This document shows, piece by piece, positions 27,516 through 37,443 of a stretch of 64,000 nucleotides of DNA. The notes under the pieces are model-generated. The model worked only from the letters and a program-made list of their open reading frames with translations, was not told the origin of the DNA and did not search any database. Location: sequence record MT679221.1; one strand, 5' to 3'. The stretch's first letter is position 1. Each line of letters opens with the position of its first letter. A program made the position numbers and the translations under genes.

Positions 27516-28133
27516 ATGTCTTTTGTTATTGACTTTAACCACCATCATAGTCAAACCTTGCTCGATTTAGTCAATGCTTTTAATGCTGAAACCGTTTATA
27601 CGCCCCTGACCACAGAACGTATCCGTGTGGAGAGTTATGGTCCACCGGAACCGGACGGTCGTGTAAGTGCTTTGCTGACTAATAAGAGTAAGCCAGATGA
27701 CTATGTGGTTGTGCGTTACCGCAAATTGAGCTTAAATGATATAATCACATTGGGACCTGAACATCTCACGTGGTTTGATTTGTCGAAAGGTAAACCGGCC
27801 GATTTGCGCGTATGGTCTGAACCTGCAATGGCCAGTTTTGAATCGGCGTGTGCAGAACGCGGCATCGTTGTAAGTAAGGCGTGGGAAAACCCCGCGCAAT
27901 GCCACGTAGAGTACGACATCCTGACCGATCGATACATCCTCGTCTATGAATGTGAATCGTTTGTTTACGAATCGCGCACACGTATTACGCTACCGTACCA
28001 TATCGGCCAAGACTTAACCAAGACAACGCTGCCTGGTCTGGAATACGACTTGGCTGGTTTCTGGGGGCGTAAGCTGTTAGAAGAAGTGACTATCACGAAG
28101 CTTAACGGTTTTCGTTATCGTGTGTTTGTTTAA
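27516..28133 (+). CDS. Virion protein, distant member of paralogue family A
   Basis: LLDLVNAFN, VRYRKLSL and TKTTLPGL.Y / ITKLNGF motifs. Confidence 0.6.
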   Translation: MSFVIDFNHHHSQTLLDLVNAFNAETVYTPLTTERIRVESYGPPEPDGRVSALLTNKSKPDDYVVVRYRKLSLNDIITLGPEHLTWFDLSKGKPADLRVWSEPAMASFESACAERGIVVSKAWENPAQCHVEYDILTDRYILVYECESFVYESRTRITLPYHIGQDLTKTTLPGLEYDLAGFWGRKLLEEVTITKLNGFRYRVFV

Positions 28134-28137
28134 GACA

Positions 28138-28178
28138 CTACCCTCGCCCGTTTAGCGAGGGTAGGTATTTATTTTTTT
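28138..28178 (+). terminator. Intrinsic terminator
   Basis: CTACCCTCGC-CCGTTTA-GCGAGGGTAG then T run. Confidence 0.8.
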
Positions 28179-28214
28179 CTTACGAATCGTCCACTCCGTA
28201 TAGGAGGTAAGTCC

Positions 28215-28814
28215 ATGAAAAAGATTTATAAAATTGCGGTAATCGGTTCTCGGAAGACTGATGAAGATACCATGTCTGAAATGTACATGCGATTGTTACG
28301 TGGGTTTAATGCGCTGCACGCCAAAGATTACACGATTCATTTTTCTTCTGGCGGCTGCTGGTGTGGTCCAGACCAATTGCAATTCCGATTTGCCCGACAG
28401 TGGGCGAATACAATCGACCAAGATACCGGCAAGAAAGTGGTGTGGGATGATGAGTTCATTTGTTACCTACCCGATGAGAAAAAGCTCTGGCTCAAGAAAC
28501 AGAATCCCAACGTAGAGTTCCGTGTAATCCCTCAGGATGACCGCTATCGTGAGATAGTAGGTAAGCTTCATCCCGCGCCAGAAAAGCTCCAGGAGTTCGC
28601 CTGGGCGCTTCATGGCCGTAATCTGAATATAATTATGGGCGATGATTTAGCAACGCCTGTAGACGCAGTTTATTACTCTGCGCCTTTAGATAAACAAGGT
28701 AATCCGACCGGCGGTACTGCCATGGGCGTGAAATACGCTAAGCAGTGTGGTATTCCTTGTTACCACCATGCGCTTGAAGGACATCTGTGGCTTGAGAGCT
28801 TGTGCTTATTATGA
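28215..28814 (+). CDS. SLOG-superfamily (DprA/YspA-like) protein
   Basis: IAVIGSR, SSGGCWCGPD, RN..IMG, TGGTAMGVKYAKQCGIP. Confidence 0.7.
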   Translation: MKKIYKIAVIGSRKTDEDTMSEMYMRLLRGFNALHAKDYTIHFSSGGCWCGPDQLQFRFARQWANTIDQDTGKKVVWDDEFICYLPDEKKLWLKKQNPNVEFRVIPQDDRYREIVGKLHPAPEKLQEFAWALHGRNLNIIMGDDLATPVDAVYYSAPLDKQGNPTGGTAMGVKYAKQCGIPCYHHALEGHLWLESLCLL

Positions 28815-28844
28815 CCACGTTGCCTTTAATCAGAGGTCGCTATT

Positions 28845-29117
28845 ATGCAAACTACCAGTTTAGCTCGTCGTTTGTGGGAAGCATTCTTCCCTACGCCGTC
28901 AAAACCGATTAAGAAGGTGACTAGCCTTCGCTTGTTCCCAGGCTCCGAGGATGAGTTCTTCGATTACCTGGAACGCCACGGTTTTGATTCGAAAGTCGCA
29001 CCACAAGAAAATGACCCAATTCAGACAGTTTACACCACGCCGGATACGGGAGAGATATTTGCCTTGTGTGTTCGATGGCCACATCGCAACTACTACTATA
29101 CTTTGACGCAGATGTAA
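28845..29117 (+). CDS. Hypothetical protein
   Basis: 90 aa; GAGG SD. Confidence 0.7.
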   Translation: MQTTSLARRLWEAFFPTPSKPIKKVTSLRLFPGSEDEFFDYLERHGFDSKVAPQENDPIQTVYTTPDTGEIFALCVRWPHRNYYYTLTQM

Positions 29118-29127
29118 GGAGCAGGGG

Positions 29128-30261
29128 ATGTCGACGCTCGATTTAGATTTAGAAGTCCTGACTGACGACTACGATCGCCTGGTCGCACTCGAAGGTCTGG
29201 GAGTTAAGCCCGACTTCCCTGCGGTTTGCGCGATCCGTCAGCGTTGGTGCTTAACCGACGACGGTGAAGATATGTTGGTTGCTCGTGAATCGCGCGAAGC
29301 GATGGAGCGTGCTCAGTTTATGACTGATACTGACCCGCGGGCTGGCATCCATCGCGCAGCAGGGCGCATTACTGCGAAAGCTGTTAAAGGTACTGGAAAG
29401 TTAGTGGGTGCTGGACTAGGTGCAACCGCAAAGGGCGCGGGTAAACTTTCGAAAAAGCTCGCATTACGCTTTTACGATTTCGCGGAAGCGCTAGCGAAAG
29501 AACAAGCCGACCGTTTGAAAGAAATAACTTCGAAAGCTGCTTTCATGGAACGTAAGCTCAATAAGCTTAAAACGCGAATGTCGCTGCTAGATGACCACAA
29601 AACACTCGCTGCGGTCGACGTTCACACGAGTAGCTGGACGTCTAAAATTTGCTTTGAAGATCGACCCGATTTTGAAGCGTGTGTTAAGTTTTCTAAACAA
29701 ACAAACGCGTACGAAGGCGTCGTGCAAAAGTACACGGTTTACACACGCACCGCTCTGAAGAAAAGCAAAGCATTCGAAGGGCCGGGCTTAAAACAAATCA
29801 GCAAGTCCACGAACTGGGCAGTTAAGCGTGCTGCTGGGTTGCTTGGCATCATCGATCCCTTTAAAAAGGTGGAAGCTTTTCCTGTCCCTGGAAATATCGT
29901 TGTGGTTGAGCACCATAGTGGTAAAGTCAGTTGGGCAATTGCGCGTGACGGTGAGTATGGTGAAACCATTAAATCGCTGGATATGCATCAGTGTGGGAAA
30001 GCATTAGAGGCTGTGGAAGCACTTATCAAATCTATTGCTGCACGTGGAACAAAGAACCGTGTTGTGGGCTACACCGGCATTTACGAAGAAGTGGAAGCGA
30101 TGAAGTCCGAGCTTAAGAACCTAGAAGGGGATGAGCTGAAGGAGGCCACGTTACGTTACCGTAATGCAATGGCGATGGAAGACGCTTTCACCACGGCGTT
30201 GGTACGCGTGGCGGAGGGTCTAATGGAGTGGACGAAGCAATCGTTGGCTGAGGTGAAATGA
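29128..30261 (+). CDS. Probable inner-head protein with an N-terminal propeptide
   Basis: Acidic N-terminus with AxE sites (ALE, ARE, AME), then basic helical body typical of phiKZ-like head proteins. Confidence 0.6.
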   Translation: MSTLDLDLEVLTDDYDRLVALEGLGVKPDFPAVCAIRQRWCLTDDGEDMLVARESREAMERAQFMTDTDPRAGIHRAAGRITAKAVKGTGKLVGAGLGATAKGAGKLSKKLALRFYDFAEALAKEQADRLKEITSKAAFMERKLNKLKTRMSLLDDHKTLAAVDVHTSSWTSKICFEDRPDFEACVKFSKQTNAYEGVVQKYTVYTRTALKKSKAFEGPGLKQISKSTNWAVKRAAGLLGIIDPFKKVEAFPVPGNIVVVEHHSGKVSWAIARDGEYGETIKSLDMHQCGKALEAVEALIKSIAARGTKNRVVGYTGIYEEVEAMKSELKNLEGDELKEATLRYRNAMAMEDAFTTALVRVAEGLMEWTKQSLAEVK

Positions 30262-30725
30262 TGAAAATTGTTTTTGTCACCAAGCCCAACTCTCCGTATG
30301 GAAAGAAATACTACGCGGACTTGTTAGGACTACACAACAAGTTATACGACGATCAGAAAATAAAACTTGCCGACTTAAACGGTCGTGAAGGGTTTAATCA
30401 AATCTCAAAACTGGAGGAGGTTTGGGGTGAAGGTACGCTGTGCGCTTGCGCCGTTGATGACCGTGGTGTGGCTGTTGGCTTCATCACCTTTGGCTACACC
30501 AAAAAGGGACAACGTTTCCTCTGGGTATATAACTTTTTTGTAGATGAATCGGTTCGTTCACAAGGCGTTGGTCATGAACTGATCGAAGCCGTAGAGAACT
30601 ATGGCAAATCAAAAGGCTGCGCGTGGATGCAGCTTAACGTGCTCGGTAATAACGACCGTGCTATTGCGTTTTATGAACGTTTCGGATTCCGAACTGAATA
30701 CCAGGATATGGTAAAGGAGCTTTAA
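30258..30725 (+). CDS. GNAT-family acetyltransferase
   Basis: VRSQGVGHELI, NVLGNNDRAIAFYERFGF. Confidence 0.9.
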   Translation: MMKIVFVTKPNSPYGKKYYADLLGLHNKLYDDQKIKLADLNGREGFNQISKLEEVWGEGTLCACAVDDRGVAVGFITFGYTKKGQRFLWVYNFFVDESVRSQGVGHELIEAVENYGKSKGCAWMQLNVLGNNDRAIAFYERFGFRTEYQDMVKEL

Positions 30726-30726
30726 C

Positions 30727-31335
30727 ATGGTAGCTGTCCGCAGCGTGCCACATCAGACTGGCTCGCGATATACTTTTTGTGTAAAGCGTTTTGGGGCAAG
30801 AAATCGCCCTGGTTGGAAGGTGGTACGTGCGATGGGACAGTTCTGGCAATTACCGCCCGGCACGTTAAAATATTTTTCAGTAGACAGAATAGCCCAGTTC
30901 TTAAATGCGGCTGACCCAAGTCAACGGTCCAGTTTTATAGCAGGGGTTGTTTGTCGTCCTGATGGGAAAACACGCGATGCAACCACACGTGGAATTTACT
31001 GGACAGGACAGAACGCGTTTCAGGTTGGCTTACCTTGCCTGAAGTGTGAAGTGACGCCGTTTAATGGCCCCTATGCCGATGCGTACTTCACCGGTATCTT
31101 TGTGTCGTTTAAAGACGACCCGTCTTTAAACTACTTTCTATCGGTAGACAAAGACGTCAGTATTGATACCTTCTACAAATACTTGTTGTTTTACAGCCGG
31201 TATATCCGCGTGACTCCTGTGCATGAAGATTGGTATTATAAAAATCCCTTGAACTATGGGAGGGACAGGAGACTAGAAGGATGTTCTATCGAGAGCTTCA
31301 ACTCTGTACCGCAGCGCTCCATGGCGCTAATGTGA
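30727..31335 (+). CDS. Hypothetical protein
   Basis: 202 aa; AAGGAG SD. Confidence 0.7.
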   Translation: MVAVRSVPHQTGSRYTFCVKRFGARNRPGWKVVRAMGQFWQLPPGTLKYFSVDRIAQFLNAADPSQRSSFIAGVVCRPDGKTRDATTRGIYWTGQNAFQVGLPCLKCEVTPFNGPYADAYFTGIFVSFKDDPSLNYFLSVDKDVSIDTFYKYLLFYSRYIRVTPVHEDWYYKNPLNYGRDRRLEGCSIESFNSVPQRSMALM

Positions 31336-31652
31336 GCAAGAACGGGGACCTGGAAGACGTCGCGCAAGCCTTACGGGCTGTGTCGGAGGTTGACCAGGTC
31401 GACATCGACGCTAAGTATTTAGGCGGCGGTGTAAAGCGTATTCAGTTGACCGTGCGAGCCAAACATGGCAGCTGCTCGTTACATTTTCGAGTCAGTGCGG
31501 ATTATTTCCTGGTACTGCGCTCCACATTCAGTCACGATGGTCGGACTCACCGGGTTCGGTGGATGCACGACATTACTAAATTTGGCTACCCGCTTGCAGA
31601 ACAACGTAAAGTCGTGCATGACTTTATGGCTGCAGTCGTTGCGGGGTTTTAA
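31332..31652 (+). CDS. Hypothetical protein (GTG start revised from 31281)
   Basis: GTGA overlap with the upstream stop. Confidence 0.6.
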   Translation: MSKNGDLEDVAQALRAVSEVDQVDIDAKYLGGGVKRIQLTVRAKHGSCSLHFRVSADYFLVLRSTFSHDGRTHRVRWMHDITKFGYPLAEQRKVVHDFMAAVVAGF

Positions 31653-31664
31653 GGGGAGACTGTG

Positions 31665-32261
31665 ATGTCTGAGATGATTCTCGATTCACTGTTTTTGATT
31701 ACGGTTGCAAACATCAATAAAAACGGCAATCTTCCAGAATACGTAGACATAAGTCGTCATGGCTTTAAGCGTCGTTATCAAATCGGTAAGGTACTAGAGA
31801 TTGCCTGTTTAGTAACGAACATGCGTAGACCGGTGGAAGGCTGTAGCGTTAAACACGCACAGATGATACTCGGACGTGCTATTTCAGAAGTACGTCGTAA
31901 GCGTCGTCGTGCGCCGTATCGCTTTTATCCTAACTCCACCAAACAGGTGGTGGGTGAAGGTGAAGGCGTGGTTGATTTGCGTGAGGCTAGTTGTAATGTA
32001 GGTGGCATTGCGCGTGACTGGTTAATGAGCATTATCAGTAAACATCCACGTACACCTACACCGCAAGAAGGGCAGGCGGTACTCGCACTTATGCGTAAGA
32101 CCCATTTGGTGATCACCGACACACCGAATCAGGCAGCACGAATGCAGCACTATTTGGCGTGTCGTGGCTTTACCACACTCGCAGTGCCATCAGAATACGC
32201 AACTGATATTAAACTTCCGCCAGTCCCCGAGTGGTCTGAACCGAAAGTTGATCATCAGTGA
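31665..32261 (+). CDS. Hypothetical protein
   Basis: GGGGAG SD; terminator follows. Confidence 0.7.
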   Translation: MSEMILDSLFLITVANINKNGNLPEYVDISRHGFKRRYQIGKVLEIACLVTNMRRPVEGCSVKHAQMILGRAISEVRRKRRRAPYRFYPNSTKQVVGEGEGVVDLREASCNVGGIARDWLMSIISKHPRTPTPQEGQAVLALMRKTHLVITDTPNQAARMQHYLACRGFTTLAVPSEYATDIKLPPVPEWSEPKVDHQ

Positions 32262-32266
32262 GTTAT

Positions 32267-32304
32267 ACCCACTCCTTCGGGAGTGGGTCGACTCTATTGT
32301 TTTT
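32267..32304 (+). terminator. Intrinsic terminator
   Basis: ACCCACTCC-TTCG-GGAGTGGGT. Confidence 0.75.
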
Positions 32305-32326
32305 CGGATAGATATTATTTTAGGGA
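32302..32326 (+). promoter_or_regulatory. Early-type promoter, variant class
   Basis: TTTCGGATAGATATTATTTTAGGGA. Confidence 0.55.
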
Positions 32327-32422
32327 GACGTACAAAATTTACGTTTCATCCTTAGCATATGCTAGAAGCCGTTGTGAGTCGGTTAAAACTCACCAACTTA
32401 AACTTAAAAGCGAGTAAACAAA

Positions 32423-33187
32423 ATGTCAAAACTCAATAAAGCAGCAACCAAAGAGTGGCTTTCCGTACCTACCGCAGATGGTCAGTATCGCTACGTATTC
32501 ACGTATGACGAAAATGACCTGACGGCAAAAGGTATTCCGCACATGTTAAGTCACAAACTGATGAACAGCGTGACCGGTGCCACCTTAGTAGGTTCCGGCG
32601 GAAGGACAATCTTTTGTGCCCCTAGTTGGGATCAAACTGAACTGACTAAGAAAATGCTCGGCGAACTCCGGGCGGTTTCCGCACGTCTGTTCTTTAAGCT
32701 GATTGCCAGAAAACCGGCGCTATGGGATGCATGGTCTCAACACAATCTCGAGGCGTTGCGTGGGGAGTGTCTGAATTACGTATTGGTCGAAGAAGTGATT
32801 GATAACTTCTTCGCTAACGTGATGAAAACCGAACGACTGCGTAAGCCGAACGCCGACGGTTATTCGTTTGTCTCCGTTAAGAGCAGCGAACTGATTCGGG
32901 GTGAGTTTGCAGGGCACATCCTTTCGGTAACTCGGAACCTGAGTTTCTTTGGCCAGCCTTTCAGTGAGCCAGTTGTTCAGGTAACTTATGATTTCCGTTT
33001 ACCGTTTACTGTTCGGAATGAGTTTGACCCAGGTCAAGTTTCGTTGAAGTTTTTATATCCTCTCCAGTCATGGCCGTTATTGAAGAAGTTCTTAGCTGAG
33101 CCCCGTGTAGCTGCGGTGCTGCAAGCGTGGATTGATTCATGGCCAGAAAGCATTGAGGAAAAATCGAAAACGCGAGTTGACTTCTAA
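32423..33187 (+). CDS. Hypothetical protein
   Basis: 254 aa between a promoter and a terminator. Confidence 0.75.
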   Translation: MSKLNKAATKEWLSVPTADGQYRYVFTYDENDLTAKGIPHMLSHKLMNSVTGATLVGSGGRTIFCAPSWDQTELTKKMLGELRAVSARLFFKLIARKPALWDAWSQHNLEALRGECLNYVLVEEVIDNFFANVMKTERLRKPNADGYSFVSVKSSELIRGEFAGHILSVTRNLSFFGQPFSEPVVQVTYDFRLPFTVRNEFDPGQVSLKFLYPLQSWPLLKKFLAEPRVAAVLQAWIDSWPESIEEKSKTRVDF

Positions 33188-33193
33188 GTAAGC

Positions 33194-33230
33194 TAGGCAC
33201 TCTTCGGAGTGCCTATTATTTTTTTCTTTA
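33194..33230 (+). terminator. Intrinsic terminator
   Basis: TAGGCACTC-TTCG-GAGTGCCTA then T run. Confidence 0.85.
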
Positions 33231-33288
33231 CGTATGCTCGCTATATTGTGACACCACTACAATTAATTAAACTTTGGGGAAGAATAAA

Positions 33289-33912
33289 ATGTTAAACTCA
33301 GTGGCGCTGGATGGCCCAGACTTTTCTGGCAAATCAACACTCGCGAAAATGATTCAAGCGATGTTGCGCTCCGCTGGCGTTAATGCCATCATCGTCAATC
33401 ACCCGACGAATACCACTGAAGCCGGTATTAGTGCACGTTCTCTGGTTATCCAGCACGCCTCTAACGAACGCATTGCTAAAGCGATGTGTCTGGATTTCCA
33501 ATACACGATGGATTTCGTTGTACCAGAGCACGATGTCGTTATTTTTGACCGTTTTTGTCAATCGACTATTGTCTACCAAGGCGTCGATGGTAAAGGGGAA
33601 GTTTTCCGTTCACGAGTATTAGACCACATTAACGCACCGAAACTTTACGTGGCAACCGATGTATCCTACGAAACCGCCACAGAACGCTTTAAGAAGCGCG
33701 CAGAAGCCCAGGGCAAGAACTGGGATGATGAGGTACTGACAGCGAAGTATCTGCGCTCACAGACTGATTGGGACGCGTTACGCGACCACTACCGTTTTGC
33801 TTTCCACATCACCACAGATGGCGGCGATAAGTTCCCGCTGATGCGTGTTACGGCTGACGACGATATAGCGTTACAAGCCGCGCGTATCGTTGAACGTATT
33901 CTGGCAGGTTAG
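33289..33912 (+). CDS. tmk: Thymidylate (dTMP) kinase
   Basis: P-loop DGPDFSGKST; VIFDRFCQSTIVYQG. Confidence 0.9.
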   Translation: MLNSVALDGPDFSGKSTLAKMIQAMLRSAGVNAIIVNHPTNTTEAGISARSLVIQHASNERIAKAMCLDFQYTMDFVVPEHDVVIFDRFCQSTIVYQGVDGKGEVFRSRVLDHINAPKLYVATDVSYETATERFKKRAEAQGKNWDDEVLTAKYLRSQTDWDALRDHYRFAFHITTDGGDKFPLMRVTADDDIALQAARIVERILAG

Positions 33913-33918
33913 TTGTAC

Positions 33919-33955
33919 CCCTCTTACCTTCGGGTAAGAGGGTATTGTCTTTTTT
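33919..33955 (+). terminator. Intrinsic terminator
   Basis: Hairpin identical to 6514-6537. Confidence 0.8.
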
Positions 33956-33999
33956 ACAGATCGGAACAGTCTTATGCTTTTTGCTTCCAGTCCACTAAA

Positions 34000-34024
34000 T
34001 TTCAGATATATATTACTTAGGTGA
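34000..34024 (+). promoter_or_regulatory. Early promoter, copy 2
   Basis: TTTCAGATATATATTACTTAGGTGA. Confidence 0.8.
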
Positions 34025-34074
34025 GAGTTACTACTAAACTCTCTAATCGACTATTAATCTAAAGGAGTATTCTA

Positions 34075-34440
34075 ATGCGTTTTAAACATCAAACCGTTGT
34101 GTTGGCAAAGAAAGCGTTTTTGGTTCGTCTTTCTTACATTATTACTCGTGTCACTGCGAAGGACGTTACGCAGAAAGACATTGCGTTATTAGTAGGCTGC
34201 TCACCGTCACAAATATCTGCGATTAAAAATGAACGTGAGAAGGCCGTGACTATCGAAACATTGATGCGGGTTGCTGATACACTGCGCCTGAATTACGAAA
34301 TCGTCTACCGTTCTATCAACGGTAAATGTCGTCATAGCTTTAAAATTGAATCATGCATCGATTACATGAACAACTGTCCTATCCGGGTACGAGAAACAGG
34401 ACTTAAAGTCATGGCACGTAAACCTTCTGCAGTAATGTAG
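34075..34440 (+). CDS. XRE-family helix-turn-helix protein
   Basis: VTQKDIALLVGCSPSQISAIKNE...TIETLMRVADTL. Confidence 0.85.
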   Translation: MRFKHQTVVLAKKAFLVRLSYIITRVTAKDVTQKDIALLVGCSPSQISAIKNEREKAVTIETLMRVADTLRLNYEIVYRSINGKCRHSFKIESCIDYMNNCPIRVRETGLKVMARKPSAVM

Positions 34441-34451
34441 GGAGCAAACGT

Positions 34452-34838
34452 ATGAATTGGTTTGTAAATGGTATCACCCGTCGCGTGATGACGGAAGAGG
34501 ATGATCGATGTAAACATCTTAAAGTGGGCTCTATAGCCCCGCGCTATACGGCAGAGTGCGACCCATGGGGCCGCGAAACGTATTACATGTGCGAAGACTG
34601 CTGGGAAAAACTGCAGGCTGCAATTGCGGCGGAAGAAGTGGTCTGCGACGACTGCAAAGGTACCTTCCCGAAACGAGATACCGTTGAATGGAAATGGTAC
34701 GACTTTGACCCCAGACAAGGGGATAAAGAACTTTGTATCTGTAATAACTGCGTGTCTTTACCGACACATTTAAACCGTGTAGAGAATGACCGTCGGGCAT
34801 TTGAACACGACTTTCCAGAAGCAACTTTCTGGGATTAA
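34452..34838 (+). CDS. Cys-rich Zn-binding protein
   Basis: CKHL, CEDC, CDDC, CNNC. Confidence 0.7.
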   Translation: MNWFVNGITRRVMTEEDDRCKHLKVGSIAPRYTAECDPWGRETYYMCEDCWEKLQAAIAAEEVVCDDCKGTFPKRDTVEWKWYDFDPRQGDKELCICNNCVSLPTHLNRVENDRRAFEHDFPEATFWD

Positions 34839-34864
34839 CTAGTGTAAACCTTAAGGAGTATATC

Positions 34865-35521
34865 ATGGCGAAGGCCCCTAAAACTGTAGCAAAAGATTCA
34901 ACGGCAAGCAGCGCGGTTAAATCCACAAAGTCGCGTACCACTGAATCCACGCGTACATCTAGCATTCCGAAGCCGGATGTGATTGTACCGATCAGCGAGC
35001 GCCTGAAAACGATTCACATCGAACGTGAATTTCCGATTGACCTTGGTCAGGAAATCGTTGCGGTTAATCTTGGTAGTGATGTCCGCTTTACTATCTATAA
35101 AGGCGCGCATCTGAACAACATGGTGCTAACCCGCGGTGATGAAGTTATCGGTCTGTCTCGTTACGACACGCAAATCGAAAACATCTATCCGGTGTTTGCA
35201 GTAGCGATGTTGCGTTTGTTCATGCAGGATAAAGCCGACCTTTGTGGCCAGCTTGCGGGTATGGCCGATCGTGTTGGCCACATTCTGCCGACGCTGGTGA
35301 AACTTTACCCGGTTACGATTGATGTGGCGTTCACTACGGTAGACAACAACCACGGCTATATCGTGCTGACCAAAGACGGTAAAGTTATCGCTGGCAATCT
35401 GACTGATAACGAAGTGCAGAAACATATGGACAAATTTGCGTTCATGGTGAATCGCCTAGTGCACGTCAGTGTCAAACATTCCGAAACTTGGACGGCGCTT
35501 GTCTCCAAACCGGAACTGTAA
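34865..35521 (+). CDS. Hypothetical protein with Ser/Thr/Lys-rich N-terminal tail
   Basis: 218 aa; AAGGAG SD. Confidence 0.8.
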   Translation: MAKAPKTVAKDSTASSAVKSTKSRTTESTRTSSIPKPDVIVPISERLKTIHIEREFPIDLGQEIVAVNLGSDVRFTIYKGAHLNNMVLTRGDEVIGLSRYDTQIENIYPVFAVAMLRLFMQDKADLCGQLAGMADRVGHILPTLVKLYPVTIDVAFTTVDNNHGYIVLTKDGKVIAGNLTDNEVQKHMDKFAFMVNRLVHVSVKHSETWTALVSKPEL

Positions 35522-35524
35522 TCA

Positions 35525-35561
35525 TTAAGGGGTCTTCGGACCCCTTAATTTTTTGTCTTTT
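35525..35561 (+). terminator. Intrinsic terminator
   Basis: TTAAGGGGTC-TTCG-GACCCCTTAA then T run. Confidence 0.85.
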
Positions 35562-35610
35562 TACGCATTATCCTCATGTTGTGACAGCAATACCTTTTGA
35601 GGGCATTACA

Positions 35611-36612
35611 ATGAAAACTGTGGCTAAATTGTTTCGCACCAGCATCCGCACTGCCGAGTTCCGAAATAACGTCGGCAGCGATACTGTACGTGCACGCCGC
35701 CTAAAAGAGTTTCTAAAGGACGAGACTTATTCTGTTTACGTGGTGAAGAATAAAGAAACCTGGGAGGGTTATTTAGTGGCCACCTATCGACACGGTGACC
35801 CTACACTAACCTGTCACTATTTTGAGGAGTTTGTACCTGGGGCATTCGATAAAGTTGGTTTGGCCCTTGTGCTCGACCATACCGGATTCGAATATATGTC
35901 GTGCCCAGCACCTACTGACGATGTTGAACAAAAACTGGTCGAAAAAGGGTTTGTTCTTTCAGATATCGTTTGGGCATGTCATTCTAAACTGTTTGACAAA
36001 GTAATCACCGCATCGGAAATCAAGATTATTTCTGGTGATGCATACGCAGAACTTACCAAGGAAGATAAAGACGTTATCCTGAATTTGATTAGCGGTGCAA
36101 TTTGCGAAGAGCTAGAATACGATATGCGTGGCTACTATACACACATTGGTCCGTTAGCAGAAACAGTAATAGCAAGAATTCAGCACGCTAATGTGGAGAC
36201 TGCAATTTGGCGAGACGGTCATGATATCGTCGGTATTGCCCAGATGCGCTTGGTTACACCAGGCGTCGTTGAACTTTCTGGTTTAACCGTTGCACCCACG
36301 CACCGTAAACGTGGCATTGGCCGCCGGCTAATGGGCGCGCTATTCGATTTCGCACAACGTCATTCCGACCAAGTCTATATTGAAACAGCTGCTGATAATA
36401 ATCCAGCAAATCACCTGTACGGCAACATCTTACGTTGCAAGCAGGTACTGCGTACACTAACGTTGAAACGCGATCCTGAACTTATTAGCTGGAAACGGGT
36501 GAATGGGAACCGCGCCGATCGAGTGCTGAAAGAAGAACCTAGCATTCCGGTGGAGACTACAACCAGGCTGACTATCAGTGATATGTTTCAATCTGGCATG
36601 AGAGGATGTTAA
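35611..36612 (+). CDS. Tandem GNAT protein (intact C-terminal domain, degenerate N-terminal domain; start revised from 35488)
   Basis: LTVAPTHRKRGIGRRLM and DNNPANHLY; N-terminal half ends LVEKGF; GAGG SD. Confidence 0.8.
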   Translation: MKTVAKLFRTSIRTAEFRNNVGSDTVRARRLKEFLKDETYSVYVVKNKETWEGYLVATYRHGDPTLTCHYFEEFVPGAFDKVGLALVLDHTGFEYMSCPAPTDDVEQKLVEKGFVLSDIVWACHSKLFDKVITASEIKIISGDAYAELTKEDKDVILNLISGAICEELEYDMRGYYTHIGPLAETVIARIQHANVETAIWRDGHDIVGIAQMRLVTPGVVELSGLTVAPTHRKRGIGRRLMGALFDFAQRHSDQVYIETAADNNPANHLYGNILRCKQVLRTLTLKRDPELISWKRVNGNRADRVLKEEPSIPVETTTRLTISDMFQSGMRGC

Positions 36613-36615
36613 CGG

Positions 36616-37434
36616 GTGATAAAACCAATTTTAAAATGGATGGGTGGTAAGAGTCGTGTACTGCCCGAGCTGCTACAGGTGTTTCCGGATGCTGAGTATT
36701 TCGTTGAACCTTTTGTGGGCGCAGGGTCAGTGTTTTTAAACACTAAATACCCGAACTATATTCTCGGCGACACGAACCCGGACTTAATCGAGTTACTGAC
36801 CATGGCGCGCGATCGTCCGGAAGCGCTGATTCTGGAAGCAAAGGCGCTCTTTGCAAATGGGACGGACCGCGGTCTCTACATGGAACGACGCGAGGGATTT
36901 AACAGCGAAGCAACCACGGGGAAACCTAATCTCCAGCGCGCCGCGATGTTCCTGTATCTTACACGTCATGGTTACAATGGTTTGTGCAGATACAATCAGT
37001 CGGGTGGGTTTAACGTGCCCTATGGTCAACACCCGAACGGTGTCTATTTCCCTGAAGAGGAAATTCTGGCGTGGGCAAAACGTTGTTCGGAAACCAACGT
37101 CGAGCTGCTCTGCGCGGACTTCCGCGACATCCTAAATAAGTGCCCATCTAACGCTGTGATATACGCCGACCCGCCCTACATCCCACTTTCGGATACGGCT
37201 AAACATGCGCAGTATCACAGCAAGGAATTTTCACAAGCTGACCACCGCGAGTTAGCGAAACTTTTAAAACAACAAGCTGCCGATGGCAATAAGGTCGTTC
37301 TGTCAAACGCAGATACGTTACTCACACGTGACATCTACTACGGTTTTACCTGGCGTGAAGTTCAAGTGGGTCGATATATGTCCGCCGATGCGAATAAACG
37401 TAAAGCGGTGACAGAGCTAATCGGCACCTTATAA
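36616..37434 (+). CDS. dam: DNA adenine methyltransferase, Dam (D12 class)
   Basis: LKWMGGKS, EPFVGAGSVF, YNGLCRYN...FNVPYG, DPPY. Confidence 0.95.
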   Translation: MIKPILKWMGGKSRVLPELLQVFPDAEYFVEPFVGAGSVFLNTKYPNYILGDTNPDLIELLTMARDRPEALILEAKALFANGTDRGLYMERREGFNSEATTGKPNLQRAAMFLYLTRHGYNGLCRYNQSGGFNVPYGQHPNGVYFPEEEILAWAKRCSETNVELLCADFRDILNKCPSNAVIYADPPYIPLSDTAKHAQYHSKEFSQADHRELAKLLKQQAADGNKVVLSNADTLLTRDIYYGFTWREVQVGRYMSADANKRKAVTELIGTL

Positions 37435-37443
37435 GGTACCAAC

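Noticed and set aside
6514-33942. Identical 24-nt hairpin at 6514 and 33919 as a MITE or REP element
   Set aside because: Both follow stop codons and have UUCG loops and T-rich tails, so they are reused terminators
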